Source of the DNA: Kudoa neothunni
Lineage: Eukaryota; Animalia; Cnidaria
Assembly: GCA_964304625.1 (NCBI GenBank)
Contig: OZ199838.1
Span: 1,901,927 to 1,965,926 of the forward strand
Direction of reading: 5' to 3'
DNA length: 64,000 bases
Below are positions 14,484-28,138 of this stretch, one piece after another. The notes beneath the pieces were generated by a model, which made no database searches, had not been told where the DNA came from, and worked only from the letters and a program-made list of their open reading frames with translations. The position numbers were made by a program, and so were the translations under genes. How positions within the stretch are numbered: position 1 is the stretch's first letter; each line of letters starts with the position of its first letter.

Positions 14484-14567
14484 GTCAGGATGGCCGAGTG
14501 GTCTAAGGCGCTGCGTTCAGGTCGCAGTCTACGCAAGTAGGCGTGGGTTCAAATCCCACTTCTGACA
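14484..14567 (+). tRNA. tRNA-Leu(CAG)
   Basis: GTCAGGATGGCCGAGTGGTCTAAGGCGCTGCGTTCAGGTCGCAG...GGTTCAAATCCCACTTCTGACA: full cloverleaf, long variable arm, TTTT just downstream. Confidence 0.97.
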
Positions 14568-14880
14568 CTCCGCATTTTGTCGCTGTAACTTTTGGGCCTT
14601 TTTTCTTGTCGTGGTGATAGTTAAATTTATTTTATCCTTAACTCTAGGTTTGTTAATCATTGATTATTTTTTTTGTATAACTATGAGGTTATATTTGACG
14701 GTGTCTTTCTCTCCCGAACTAAATTTTGTTAAAATTTTTGGATATTGAATCATGTATGGTAGTCTGACAAAAAATGAAATTAAATATTCACGAGTAAAAT
14801 AATACAAGAATTTAATGCATTCAACAATTTTTTTTAAGAAATTGTTTCTAATGTCACAAGATTTTTATGTTTCTGTATTA

Positions 14881-15195
14881 TCAGTGAGCTGACGGTAATC
14901 TGGTTCGTATGCTGTTGACGCTGTACGAATTAGTTCCGTCAGGTGTTTGTTTGTGAAGGAGGGATCCGCGATGCTTCGATTTTACAAACGCCATCGTTGA
15001 ATAAATAGGTGCACAACAATAAGTTTTTCTAATGATAAAAACATGTTTGGGGAACATTTCTTTTAATTTTGAATATTTACATTCTAGAACGTATTTCCAA
15101 GGTTCGCTTGGTGAATTGGAATTGTGAATCATCTTTAAAGCTTTAATACTTTTTTCATCCTTTCGATATCTATAACTTTGGTAATGGATAAACAT
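14881..15195 (-). pseudogene. hAT (Charlie/GTF2IRD2-like) transposase C-terminal relic
   Basis: WKYVLECKYSKLK...TYCCAPIYSTMAFVKSKHRGSL matches the hAT dimerisation-domain pattern (W...KYP.LK...TY.CE..FS.M..IKSK.RSRL). Confidence 0.7.
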
Positions 15196-16441
15196 TATTT
15201 CTGATTGTATTTCCTAATGAAACTAGTAAGAGTTCAAGTTTGCACAAATATTAAAACTATATGATAATTTGTAACTATGTTTTGTAATCAAAAATATTAT
15301 CTAGTTTAAGATTACAGAGTTCATTTCTTCACTTGATTTAATACTTTAAACTTTGTACTTATTGGAATCAACGCGCTGGTTGAGTTAGAAAAAAATCAAC
15401 TCAGAAAAAAATTTTCGAGAGCCACGGTTTGGCCACCCCGATAATATATAAAGGACGAACGTCCGTGCTTGACAGCAAGCATGTGCTAAAAAGCTTTTCC
15501 TTATAGAAAGACATTTATAAAATTTTATGTTATTTATAAAATAGTGATTTCGTCTATTTATTGTTTGTTGAACGGATTATGGGATTCCATCAATAAGATT
15601 AGCATCTGTTCATGCCACGGTTAAAGTCGGTTGAAATTAACATTATCTCTTGTATGCTTCGTCAAATCATAATTAAAATAAGCTCTTTCTTTATATATAA
15701 AGTTGACGTGTTTATTTGGGTGTTTTCGCAAATGCACTCTTTATGCCGGGACTTTAATGTATTTGAATTGATAAGTATACTTTGAGATTTCAACTAATGG
15801 CGTCAGATGTAACAAAAAGTCTATATTCGTTTCATGGACGACAAATTAGCAATGCATGCTATAATTGGACATATTGAAGCCTTATAAATTATAATACAAG
15901 TGCTGTGCCAGTAGATTTCATTGAAATCGTCCGCGAAGTTGAACTTTCAGTGGTTAAATTCAATGCAGATGGTTGCACTTTTACTTCGTTTAATTATTTA
16001 AATTATTTATGTTGATATTGACGAGATTCAAAGCTGTTTGTTGGGAAGACTGCACTAAAGTTTCTGGTGACAAAAGGATATAAATTTGTGCAATAAAAAT
16101 TAATTTTCGTAAGTCTTCTGTCTCTATACCTTTTCTATTTTTACCTCTCATAAACTATGATGCACAAACATTCTGATCCGGACCAGAATTCAACCCTAAA
16201 AAATCTTTGGCCGTAAGTAACGTCTTAGATAACACTTTATGGGTATTTAATTAATTCGGTAATGCGGAATAAATACGACATTGAAGTTTAATTATTTAGT
16301 ATTGGTTGCAGGTTACAAACTTGTTAACGTAAGGCCAACGTCGGTACATCCCTGCACAGGAATGATCGTGATTTTAACTTTACAATCCAAATAGTTAAAT
16401 GTATGATGCTTGAAAAGTTTTAGTTTGACATTGTGTATAGG

Positions 16442-18507
16442 TTAACCCTAATACACATGTACAAAAAAACTTACGTTAACTCGCAATCGGAGTCACTTTT
16501 GACCCCTACTAAAAACTAAACACATGAAAACATTTTTAACATTAAAAAAATTATAATTGATATTTTTTAATTCAAAAATTCAATATAAATGATTTCTTAT
16601 TTATCATGAAGTTTGCACGCCATGTTATTGCATAATTTGCATTGTGCTGACGTTTTCAATCTCCTCGAGCGAATAAAAATTTGGAACCACTTTCTAGCAT
16701 TATTTTATAAGATTTTAGGCCTTTTTAAAAGTTGAATAACTGCTTCGGAACTTTTAGATGATAAAGAGTAATTTTAGAAATTCTCTTCTGGATCGCTTTC
16801 TATATTTATTCAAGAGTGCGAGATGCTTTTGTCAATACAACAAGTAGGCATTATATGCAGAGATGTCAAACAAATTATAAAAATGAGCCATTGGCCATCT
16901 TCGTGTGTATCTTTTTACCGAAAAATGCCTTACTACTTTATTGGGGTATCAACTCCACCTTTTGTAGAATTATAGTAAGATATAATTTCAGGTTTTTGGC
17001 GTCCTTCATCAATATTCGCATCTCTTCAAAGTGTTCACAACAAGACAACTGATTCGTTTTTCTTAGGGTTGTATTTGACGAGTGTGACCTTATCTTGGAA
17101 CAAGAACTGACTATTATCTTTATTCCCTTTCGACACTTGAAACTCTGGTATTAACAAATTTTTATTTTTTCGAATAGTTCCTACAATTATCAATTTTTGG
17201 CCAAGCAGAAATCTTGCAAGGGGAAGAGTAGAGAAAACATTATCTGTTGCAATATTTCGACAAGATTTAAAAATTGGTTCACAAAAAGTTTCCACAACAT
17301 TTTACCCTCGATTAAACTGTACTTCGCCATTTTCTTATCTAAGATATACCTTTTAATTGAATAGTTAGGCTTTCTTTGAGTCGCACAAATTCCACATTTT
17401 AACACCATACCGTCTGGGTATGTTCGGAATGTACATTTTGAAACCGCATCTCCCTCTAAATGTCACCAGTTGTTCAACAACGATCATTTGTTCATTTGGT
17501 GTATAATTTTCTCGACAATTTCCAATCAAGTGTTAAAAAACTTCTCTTAAGGGAACTAAATCGTCATCTTGCATTCTGGATTCTGTTTTATCAAACCGCA
17601 TACATGAAGATATTTTTTCAAACAAATTAATGGAGATTGGCTGATTTATTGTAGGTTGACCAGAATTCACGAATATCCATATTTTTACCCTTCATTACAC
17701 CAATTATTATGCAATCACCTATATATTTCATTCAATTATATTTGATAATCACAGTTAATTTGGATTTATGGTTTTTATATAATGATTGGTGCATTCAACA
17801 ATAAAATCAAGGATTTCGTTGTCAAAAAAAGTTTAAAAATGCCATGAATGGGGTACCCGATCGTTTTAACACATGTGGTTTGAGATCTGGTTGGCAATTA
17901 AAAATATTTTCCGCGTCAGTTCTTCATTGGTTTCTTGTTGGTTTTTGACCATTTTTCGAAGTCAACGGAGCAATCAATTCAGTACTAAATTCCGAATTAT
18001 CATAATCGGCCGCAGAATTTTAAATTAAATAGTCACTAAACTCAGAATCAATGTCATCCAAAAGAATTACATGTTCATCTCTTTCCATCTCTAAAACGGA
18101 CCAAAGTTCAGCTGATTTTGGATGTGTATGATCACGTAACATACTAATAACTAACAGATTTGTCTCTTCTTAAAAATTATTTTACTTATTTTTAAAATTT
18201 AAATAAATATTTAATAATTATATTTTGTATTATATATATCAATTACAGAGTAATTATCATAGATTTTCTAATAAAGAGTGGGTGTCAAAAATGACCCCCA
18301 ACGTGTGAAACGGAAGTTTTAATGTTTCGATGATTTATTAGTGTTTATAATTTATTTTAATATTATTTCAGTAAATATTTTAAATCAATAAAATAATAAC
18401 ATAAATTAGGAAAAATTACTTAAAATTCTGTACGAGAGATTTTAAGAAAATCGCTGATAAAAGACGCTTCGCCCATTTTTGACACCCAATGTATGTACGA
18501 GAGTTAA
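16442..18507 (-). mobile_element. decayed piggyBac transposon with a frameshifted transposase
   Basis: TTAA-CCCTAATAC...GTACGAGAG-TTAA ends; subterminal palindromes at about 16489 and 18280; minus-strand fragments EQLVTFRGRCGFKMYIP, IATDNVFSTLPLA, VGTIRKNK, KGGVDT, RRWPM. Confidence 0.9.
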
Positions 18508-19665
18508 GTTGAAAGATAAATATATTTTTGTATTTTTTGAGAAATATCTCAGCGCAAAATATACCCAAACGAAACTGGGAAATTCGTGCTAATTACATAA
18601 GCGAAAAAGCTTAAAAATAACACAATTATCCTTAAATTTCGGATAAAAATAAGCACTTACAATGATTGCTTGTCAAAATCATTCATAACCAAGATTTTAT
18701 AAAAATTATGATGTATTTATTTTTCCTAATATTTATATTTAACTAATTGAATATTTACATTTCTATAAAAAATGTTTTTAGATAAATACGGCATCCATAC
18801 TAAATCAATATGTTGTTATCTGTTCGACGCGGCATTACTAATACTTGAATATAGCAAGATATCTAAGAGAAGTAATATTTTTACTGAAATCTAATGATAC
18901 CTAAAATTGTTTTATATATAAGTTATATCAAAATAATGGATTTTAACCTATATCTTTTTCATTTCTCCTGGTTATCTGTTCCCCAAAATGCATTCATGTT
19001 AATCGTTCATTGGGGGCATTAATGATCTGACACTGCACCGTAAATGAAAATTTAATTTTTAAAAAAATTTTTTTAATAGAGATAAATATCATACATTAGA
19101 TAATTCCGCGGGTATAACTGACTTTCTGTCTAGATTCCACATTTTTCGTAATAAATTTAATAACAACCCGGCAATATTCTATGCACGTTAAAAATATTGT
19201 ATTTTTGAATAGACCGTTTATTTTTTATAAAAATTAACTTGATATTATTTGGATTCGAGTTGTAAGTTTTGAACTATTGTTACTTTATGCGATTATTAGA
19301 ACAGAATTAGCTGCTTTCCGATTATCAAATAATGTTGTCTTATTTATACACTGATAGTTTTAACATATTAAATCCTAAACTTCAAAAAGATAATGCGTAG
19401 TCTCATTTACCATTTTGCGCCTTCATAATCTCAGCATTAATAAACTTAAACCCCAACCTTTCTAAACGCCCTGAAATATTAAAAGAATTGCTATAAATTA
19501 TTCAATCTATTAATTATCTCTAATGTATGGCAGAAGTTAATAATAATGATTGAATTGGATAATATTGAGAAATATTGATTTGAGCAGGGCCGCGCGAATA
19601 ATAATCCATATTAAATTTCAGTTAGGATCCAAGTTATTGACCCACTCAATTGATTGAGGGACAAT

Positions 19666-20428
19666 ATGGAGTCCTTGTCGGAAAATCAAGTTGTTTGTTT
19701 GCTTAGATTAGCATTCTATAAAGATAATGCGGATAAGCTTTCCCTATTTCATGAATATTGGGATTCGGCATTCTTTAAAGAACGCTTCAATTATGAATTT
19801 TATTTGCAGGTATCTAACATAGGGACTCTATAGTGGATATTGTAGCATCTTAGTTTGATTAGTATCATCTGTTATTAGAATAATTTACTAACTAACTTTT
19901 AACGACATTTTTATGTATTTTAGACAAAAATATACGTCGAGCTAAAGAGAGGAAACCATGACATGTTGGTATATCTCATAAGAAATAACAATTTTGATAA
20001 AAGGTTTCACGAATATTTACAAGTATATTGCAAAATATAATCAGCATATAAACCAAACTATTTATTATTATTACATTTATTCATTATAGAAAGTATGGTA
20101 TCAATCATTCTATCAGCAGTTTGAGGATTCTAAACGAAGAAAAATAAGTGCTGTGGACCGTTTTCGAATTCGCAAAAAACATCCTTTTCCTTCAACTATT
20201 TGGAATGGAGAACGTATTTTCTATTCATTCTCCGAAAGGTGTGTTTCAATACTCAACGAATATTACGACAAAAATAAGTATCCTTGCGGTGAAGTGAAAG
20301 AGGAAATAGCAAAAATAGCTGACGTCACTTTAACAAGAGTAACCAATTGGTTCAAAAATCGGCGCCAACGAGATCGTGTGAAGCAAACGAAGACCTTCAA
20401 TAAACCTCCTCCAATTAAGAATATTTGA
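19666..20428 (+). CDS. divergent SIX/sine oculis-class homeobox transcription factor (193 aa)
   Basis: Exons 19666-19809, 19924-20022 and 20090-20428 join in frame. Six domain end AVDRFRIRKKHPFPSTIWNGE; homeodomain helix 3 VTNWFKNRRQRDR (K50). Confidence 0.92.
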
Positions 20429-21764
20429 GATAATGATTTATTCTTTATAGACAGTTTTTGTCGAGTCTATATTTTGTCTTTGATTAATTTACAATTGTAA
20501 ATGTTTCTGACTGTTATCATCAATAAATAAATATTTAAAAATATTTATGAGGGGTTTAGGCGCGCAAGAACTAATCAAGCAGCACTGATACAGATGGATG
20601 CAATAATTTCTTTTAAATAAATAATTATTGATCTCGATGTCACTATTTTTCTAGAATATTTTTACTCTTGTTTTGAGCTTTAAAAATCTTTTTAATCTTA
20701 TACAATGATTTCTTAATAAATCAAAAAGCCAAATTATAATTCTAAATTACTCATTAATTTTTGTTATTTATATAGGAGTAATAAAAATATTAGTGCTTCC
20801 ATCATAATTTCATTTTTAAATTAGTGATCAGTTAAACGTCTAAAATAACGAAATGTTGGTTATTAAAAATATTTTTCTAATTAATAAAAAATAATTTATA
20901 TAATTTGACATAATTGAGGTCTAATAAATTGGAATAATTAAAAATTTTAATGAATGATTCATATTATTGTCATGTGAGATAAAATTTTTAACTTTAATAT
21001 AAAATAAAATATATTTTGTTATTAACTATTGAAGAAATTTTATAATAAATCCCATCTTAATTTTTAGTTCAAATTATTATTAATTAAAAAATGTATTTCC
21101 TTATAAGTTTGGAATAATTTGTATTAGCTTTATAGGTGTAAAAAGTAATTTATTTAAAAATAAAAATACGCTAATAAATTAGCTCATTAATAAAGAAATA
21201 ATTTATTTTGATATCTTCTTACAATACGAATATTTAAAAATATAAATTTTGAAACAATTATCCTTTCTCTAAATAGATTACAAGATATATTGACTTCTTC
21301 ATCAAACTTTAAGTTTAATACGTTTTTTTCAAACATTATGAGTTAGTGTAATGTTATCTTGTATATCTCCTTTTATCATTTTTTTAGGATAAAAGCTAGG
21401 GTTTACATGAACAGTTGAATTCACGTAGGTATAAAATTTAATCAAATTAAACTGTTTTATATTAAAGTTCTTTAAGACTTTAGGTATCTGATATGTACTT
21501 TCAGAACGATTTAGAGCATAACTCAACCTTCAATAAATGCGACTATCTATTTCTAAAAAATAAGCATAATGGCTTAGTGTATTTTCCTGGGGATACATTT
21601 TTTATTTATAGAAACATTTTTAAATCTTAGAAAATAATCATAACTCAAAGAAGGATAATTGAAATTTTTTAAATAGTTACGGTTTAGGAGATATTATTAA
21701 TTATAACAATAATTAATTCATTATAAAAAATGGAATAACAATTTAAAAAAGTGATATACCAGAA

Positions 21765-22457
21765 TATTTTTTTGATGCTTAAATCTCTGCTTACTGAATG
21801 GATGGCTCATTTATCGCAAGAAATATAAACTAATGGATATAGATAGTAAAAAGATTATGGATCTTCAAAACTTTACATTGAAGATAAGTGAACGCCTAAT
21901 GTTTTATTTCTAAAACATAGAACATGTGCCAAAAAGGGGTAGAACATCATCCACCAAAGTATCTGCCAACCAAAGTATTCCTAATCGCTTACTAACGTCC
22001 GATGGAAATGGATTGCTCCAGATCGCTCATTTCGATGGAATGTTTCATTATCCAGAATTTAGAAATCCAAAAAAAAAAAGATGCAATTACTGCTCGCTGT
22101 GTTCTAGGATGTACTGCATAAAATGTAACGTCGCTCTGTGCTTAACATTATCAGACATTGTTTAAACTTTAAAGAGTGTCATACAATATAAAACTATATA
22201 AAAACATCACTTCTTTGTTCTTATTTTCTTTATAAACAGAAAAATTGTGTCTGTTTTTGAATCATACACGCGCATTAGCGGTTTGAAAATATGGGGAGGC
22301 CGAGTGATGCCATATGGCATCATGCATTTAACTTTTTTATTTTAGCACTCTCAAACCCCAAAATGTTACACATGATTAATTCTACTTTAGAAATGTCATC
22401 TATGTTATCAAATATTTTTTTCCAATCATCAAAAAAATCTCGGTGTGAAAGGGTTAA
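21765..22457 (+). mobile_element. 3' fragment of a piggyBac (PGBD2/3-like) element
   Basis: NGWLIYRK motif, Cys-rich C-terminus HYPEF...RCNYC...YCIKCNVALCL, terminus AAAGGG-TTAA ending at 22457. Confidence 0.8.
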
Positions 22458-23899
22458 GCATGTCTAGATATCGAATAATGTTCAACATTCAGTTTTTGGT
22501 GAATAATTCTGTATTAAAAGTTTCCTGTTCTCATCGAATACTTACTTTTACAGTAAAATGTTAATCCTATTATATTTTTTATTTTAGTCAGATTCGCCTT
22601 TAGTAAGAGACAATATAAATTATCAAAATTAAATTTTTTATTTAATCCGTCGGGTACATTCGTATCATTTAGATATTTTTATTATCTCTTAATTTTAAAA
22701 TAAAATATTATTACAAAGAGAATTGCAAAAATTATTATTTCTCTATATTAAATTTGATAAATTTTGGACGAAAGGGACTCAGTCAATATCAATTCATGAA
22801 CGAGATAATCTGATTCGGTATTTATCGATTAATGACTATTATAATAGCTTTTTTTAAAATTACTTTATCAAAAATTTTAAAAAAGAGTTATCGTAAAGCT
22901 AGAATCGAATGATTTTGAAAACCACTAACAAGAGGATAGACTCTTAAGAAGATAAGAAATAAACTAAGAAAGTTATATACAAACAAAGTGATCTGATTAT
23001 TTAAAATTTATTCTTTCTTTTATGGATAAATTAAATTTAAACTTTTTTTTCAACTTTTATATACATTATATATAACTATCAAAACAATATGGATGTGATT
23101 ATCGATAATAAAATAATTTAATGCAATTTACAAGTTACCTTGTGTCAAAATTTCTCAATATAGGTAATTCATAAGAATATTTTTACATATCGTCTTTAAT
23201 ACGATAAGACGATGACTATAGCCATTCAGGTATAGTCGGTATGGTTATCTTGAGTCAATATTGCTATCTTAAGTTGATTAACTATTTCATTAGTAAATTA
23301 CCGTCAAAGTATATTTGCCTGTGCTTATATAAATATGGACGTATGTATTTTTGAATATAATACTTGACATGAGAATATTAACTAAAATTTAAAATTAAAT
23401 TAGATCAATAGAAAAACAATCCATGTTGTTTACGAATATTTCGGATAAATATATATCACTTATCATTTAATAATGGCGTATAAAAATTGTAACAATCCTA
23501 ATCTATCAGTTACATAATTTATCGCTTCATAAACTTTATAGAATCGAATTCGTAACATTTAATACGCCGTAATACAGATTGTGTGTCTAATCATAAAACA
23601 TCATCGATCAATAATCTAATCTAAGGTCCTATTAAATTGTAAATGGATAAAATATTGATTCAAACTTAATTTTCAAAACTTTTTTAATCATGTTGTTCTT
23701 TCTAATGTATTATACATAAAAACTACATCAAACTAGTGATTGTTAAGCTATATGTGGTCATACAGATAATTTACGAGGATGCAAGAATAAATATTTTATT
23801 GCCTTTGGTATGCAATAAATTAAAGGATAAAGATTAAAAGTTTTTGTTATATATCACCAAGTAGCTTCGTCATTGTTCCCCTATTTTATTGGTGGAAAA

Positions 23900-25308
23900 A
23901 TGCTACGAACATTGGTATATTCAAATGGCACCATTTTATGACCTCAATTTACGAATATAGACCAAATTAGTACTCGATGTAGTATTGATAGCGACTATAT
24001 GTGTGATGAACATACTGTTTCTGTTGAGTGTATTCTCAAACGAGCTGGTTGGATATATCGACAATGACAAAGTACATTTTTCCGGGCTGTTTGCTGGATG
24101 TGGTTCAAATTCGAATTTCTCAGTCTTTTGCTCAAATAGCACCATATTTCTTTACGATGGTGATACATTTTTGAATAAATAAATTTATTATTTAAAAATT
24201 TTTTAGGAAAGATAAGTAATCTATAAATTTTTTACATCAAAAATACCATTAAAATATAGACAGTTCCAGGTATTATACAGAAATCCAGGAAATGTTAGCT
24301 ACAGGTAGAAGAATTTGGGTGTTATGCGTATTAATTCTCTAAACTTTATAGTGGTAGGCCCGAGTCCATGTAAATGGAAATTTTAGTTTTATACTAAAAT
24401 TAACCTATTATAGACTCTCAACACATACATAATATCACCCTCCAACCTAACAATAACTCTAAAAATTCCTTACAAAATAACAATCTCAATCATTATTCAA
24501 ATATTAGTGGATTTGAGAAATTTGTTTTCAAAACAATCAAATACCTGAACAAAATGATTGAATGTAATGGTTTCTAATAACTCTAATCTATTAAAATATT
24601 ATTCATAGCCAAACATCTTACACCTGACTTATTTTATGGCTTGAAAGAGAAATATAAGAATAATGGGTTTATAGCTACATCAATCCTTTATTTTAATGAG
24701 TTCGGACGAACATTAAAGGGGGTTTTCTCTAGTCGAAAAAGTAACAAGTCATTGAGATACGATAATTAGACTTTTTTATTTCAGATATACCATCCACAAA
24801 ATATTTCAATCATGGTATACTAATTTTTATAATTCGCTAGTTGTTGATATGAATTTTTTAGGTGGATACTTTGGTATTATATCAATGGGCCCTGTTTCCG
24901 ATATATTTGGTAACACTCACATCCAATGAGTATCTAATAGATTGGGATTTAGAGGGTTCACCTGCCATAATTGTTCTTAGGATTGGAGTTTTTGTATATC
25001 TGTTCATGTTATTTCAATTAAATTTGTTAGTTGTCCTCGACATTTTTATGAGAGTGAAATACATATTCTTTGTCGCTGTGGTGGCTATGTGTAATTTTTT
25101 CTTATAAATTTTTGAATAATCTAGCATAGGTATGTGTTGTGAAATGTGTATTATAGCAGTGGTTTTCTCTTTGAGAACTCAAATTTTAAAATACGATTTT
25201 GGTGACAAATTCTTCCTTGGTAATGGATCCATTCTGGCAATATACCACTATGCGTTGATCACGGTAGCATTCATAATTATATCCGCTTCGAGATTCATAC
25301 GAAGTTGA
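23900..25308 (+). CDS. claudin/PMP22-superfamily-like four-TM protein, paralog 1
   Basis: 11 exons by my parse. TM1, then SGLFAGC-x9-C (similar to claudin GLW..C..C), long loop, three further TMs, DKFFLGNG before TM4. Exon sizes match paralog 2. Confidence 0.75.
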
Positions 25309-26089
25309 AACTACACTCTTCACACAAAGAAATGGTCTTCTAACAGTTCAATTTTTACTCTTTTTGTCGCTGAATTATTAGTTTATGCACATATAAATCT
25401 ATTTAATTCTTCAATGTATAAAATTAAAATGACGCAGTATATCCAGGTATATGTGTTCGCGGGAAAAAAGTTTTCAAATATCTTTATGTCTAGAAATATT
25501 TTGTTTAAAATTTATAAGAAGTATATCCCTTAAACTCAATTGTTTATTGAATCTAAGATAACTATATTAATTTAAAAATAAAGCAAGTACTTTGATATGA
25601 TAATATTCTGAAGATGTAATTTTTAAAATTAATTCTAAATGTTAAGATTTAATTTTCGTCAAAATAAACTCTTGTCTTAGTTAATATGGAAAATATTTCT
25701 TGAAAATTAATAATACGAAATTAGATTTACTATGAGATATATTTTTATTCTACTTTATTTTCTTTTTTAAATATTTCACTTAGGAATAATGCAAAAAAAA
25801 TTAATAAACCCTTGTTGCATGTCTAAATTGTTTAGATTACACTTTGAAGATAGTATGCTACGTAAAAATATTTAGATATAACGAGTGAAAGATTTAAAAT
25901 GTTCAGAAAAATTGTTATCATTCATTATCATCAAATTACAGGGAAAAATAAAAATCCGATTCATATGTATTATAATCATTTAAAAATTTCAATTCATTTT
26001 AAACGCATTGAAAATTTGTTTTGTAAACATTTGTTTCATTAATCAATATGCTTACGTCCCTCATTTTTTGCAATGCGCACCTAAAGTAT

Positions 26090-26275
26090 TTTAAGAATTT
26101 CTACCTAATTCTTATTGATTTTAATAACCGCGAATAATATAATTCCTTAGAAATCATGAAATACGTCACAGAACCATTATGCAAAAATTTCCCTATCCAA
26201 TTTGGATGGGACGTAATTTACCCCATGTCATTAAAATTTTACTCCCGGTTGAGAACCCCTGCCTTAGAGAGTTAA
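26090..26275. mobile_element. right end of the same hAT MITE, followed by a piggyBac terminus
   Basis: Aligns with 5101-5291; TIR GTTGAGAACCCCTG 26248-26261, then ccttagag-agttaa. Confidence 0.75.
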
Positions 26276-28138
26276 ATAGATAAAACTCACTATAACATTT
26301 CGAAAATATTTAAAATAGAGCGTCATAGAAACGCCATTTTTACTCTTGTTCATTTAAACTTTAAATGGACATTTGGCATGAAAGAGTGAAAAGGCCATAA
26401 TTGATCAAATAAATTCTATATTAATATTGTATATAAAAATATTAAAGAAATTTTTATTTAGCTCTCTCATCGAAAAATCAAAAAAATTCTACTCGAATTT
26501 AATGTAGAACGTGTTTTTACTGAATAAAATAAGTTTTTTAGAATTATTTAGAGGAAATTTTTATAGACGTAAACATAATTCAAAATATGTCGCGTTTGTG
26601 CGCACGCGTGTAAAATCAGGATAGCATATGCGTGAGTTTCGTTCGTGCGAACAAAAATTGTTGAAAATAAAAACGAACGAACGAAATTGCCATCCCTGAT
26701 GAGAATATTGGTTAGTATTGACGGTTTTAGAGCTCGCCTTTGCTTAAGAAACACATAAGGACAAAAATAGCTTTTTCACAAACAATCTTAATTTAGAATT
26801 TTATTTTAACGTAATAGAAAGAGGACAAACGTGTTTCGACGTATCTTCTAAGACGATTTTTACAAAATAAAATTCATAGACATATTTTCCTATTTATTAA
26901 ATAAAAATATTTCAATTTAATTATTAACACATATGTATTTTCATTATATTGATAGTTAGTTGGAATGTGACTAGTTTTCTAATTATTCACCTTTTTGATG
27001 AACTTAATGACCTAATATTCTAGATATCTACAATGATATTACTGTAATCATATTAGATTTCAGAATATTTGTAATCATAATAAGATTATAATTACAAGTG
27101 GAGGATAAGGAGATATAGATTTGTGAGTTTAGGTTTGTGATGGTGCATTCACTTTTTTAAGTAACATAACCTTAATGTAAAGCAGCCGTTAATCGGTAAA
27201 AAGAATTTGACCTTCAATCAATCCTTAGATACGCATAAATTTCGAAAAAGACAGCTATAAGCTGATAAAAGTAATCTAGGTTGTTTCATTCAATATATTC
27301 AAAACTGTAAATTAAGACCTTTGAGAGAATTAAAAATTTTGAAATAATAAGTTTTGGATTGAAAGTAGAGAATTCCTACGTAAAGTACATTAATCCTCTA
27401 ATTAGATCTATTTGGGATAAAAATTATTTTTGTGATAGTAAATTTAGTACATATCATTTTAAATTAAAATTAAAATATTCGGTAAAAATAAACTTGTCGT
27501 AGTATAATATTTAAATATTTAATTCGAAAATATTTTTAATTATTAAATATATAAATAAATGCGTTACACAATTGTTTTTATCTATTTAAAATTATTCAAA
27601 AGATTTTGAGGTGTTTATATTAATAGCTTTCAGTATTATTTAACATTACATAATAATCATTCATCTAACACGACAGCGAGAAATCGAAGAAATAATAATA
27701 TAAAGAGATATTTTGAAGATAACTTAATACATGAAGACAGCCCCAACTTTTATAATCGATTAGATAATGAATTATTCATTCGACTTAAGAATATATTAAT
27801 TTGATCTCAAAATTAGCTATAATAAATGGCAGTTTCATAAAATTTTATAATATTATCAACAGGGATTGATATCAATATTAATTGACACTGGATAAATATA
27901 AATATCCACCATTAGAATAAATTTTATGATAATTTCTTAAATCACAACAAATAATTACATTAAATTAATTTTTAATTCATTAATCACCACGGAATTACCT
28001 AAGAAATTTATGTGCGGGTGAAGGGAAGTGAATATTTTATCAAATTCTCACACTATATTTAAAATACTAACCAAGATAAAGATTTTCATTAACACCTCTA
28101 CCTATTTTCGGTAATTCTAATAACGACTAATCGCAAAA

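Noticed and set aside
15780-16390. Possible spliced gene or pseudogene
   Set aside because: I could not build a consistent open spliced frame or recognise a product.
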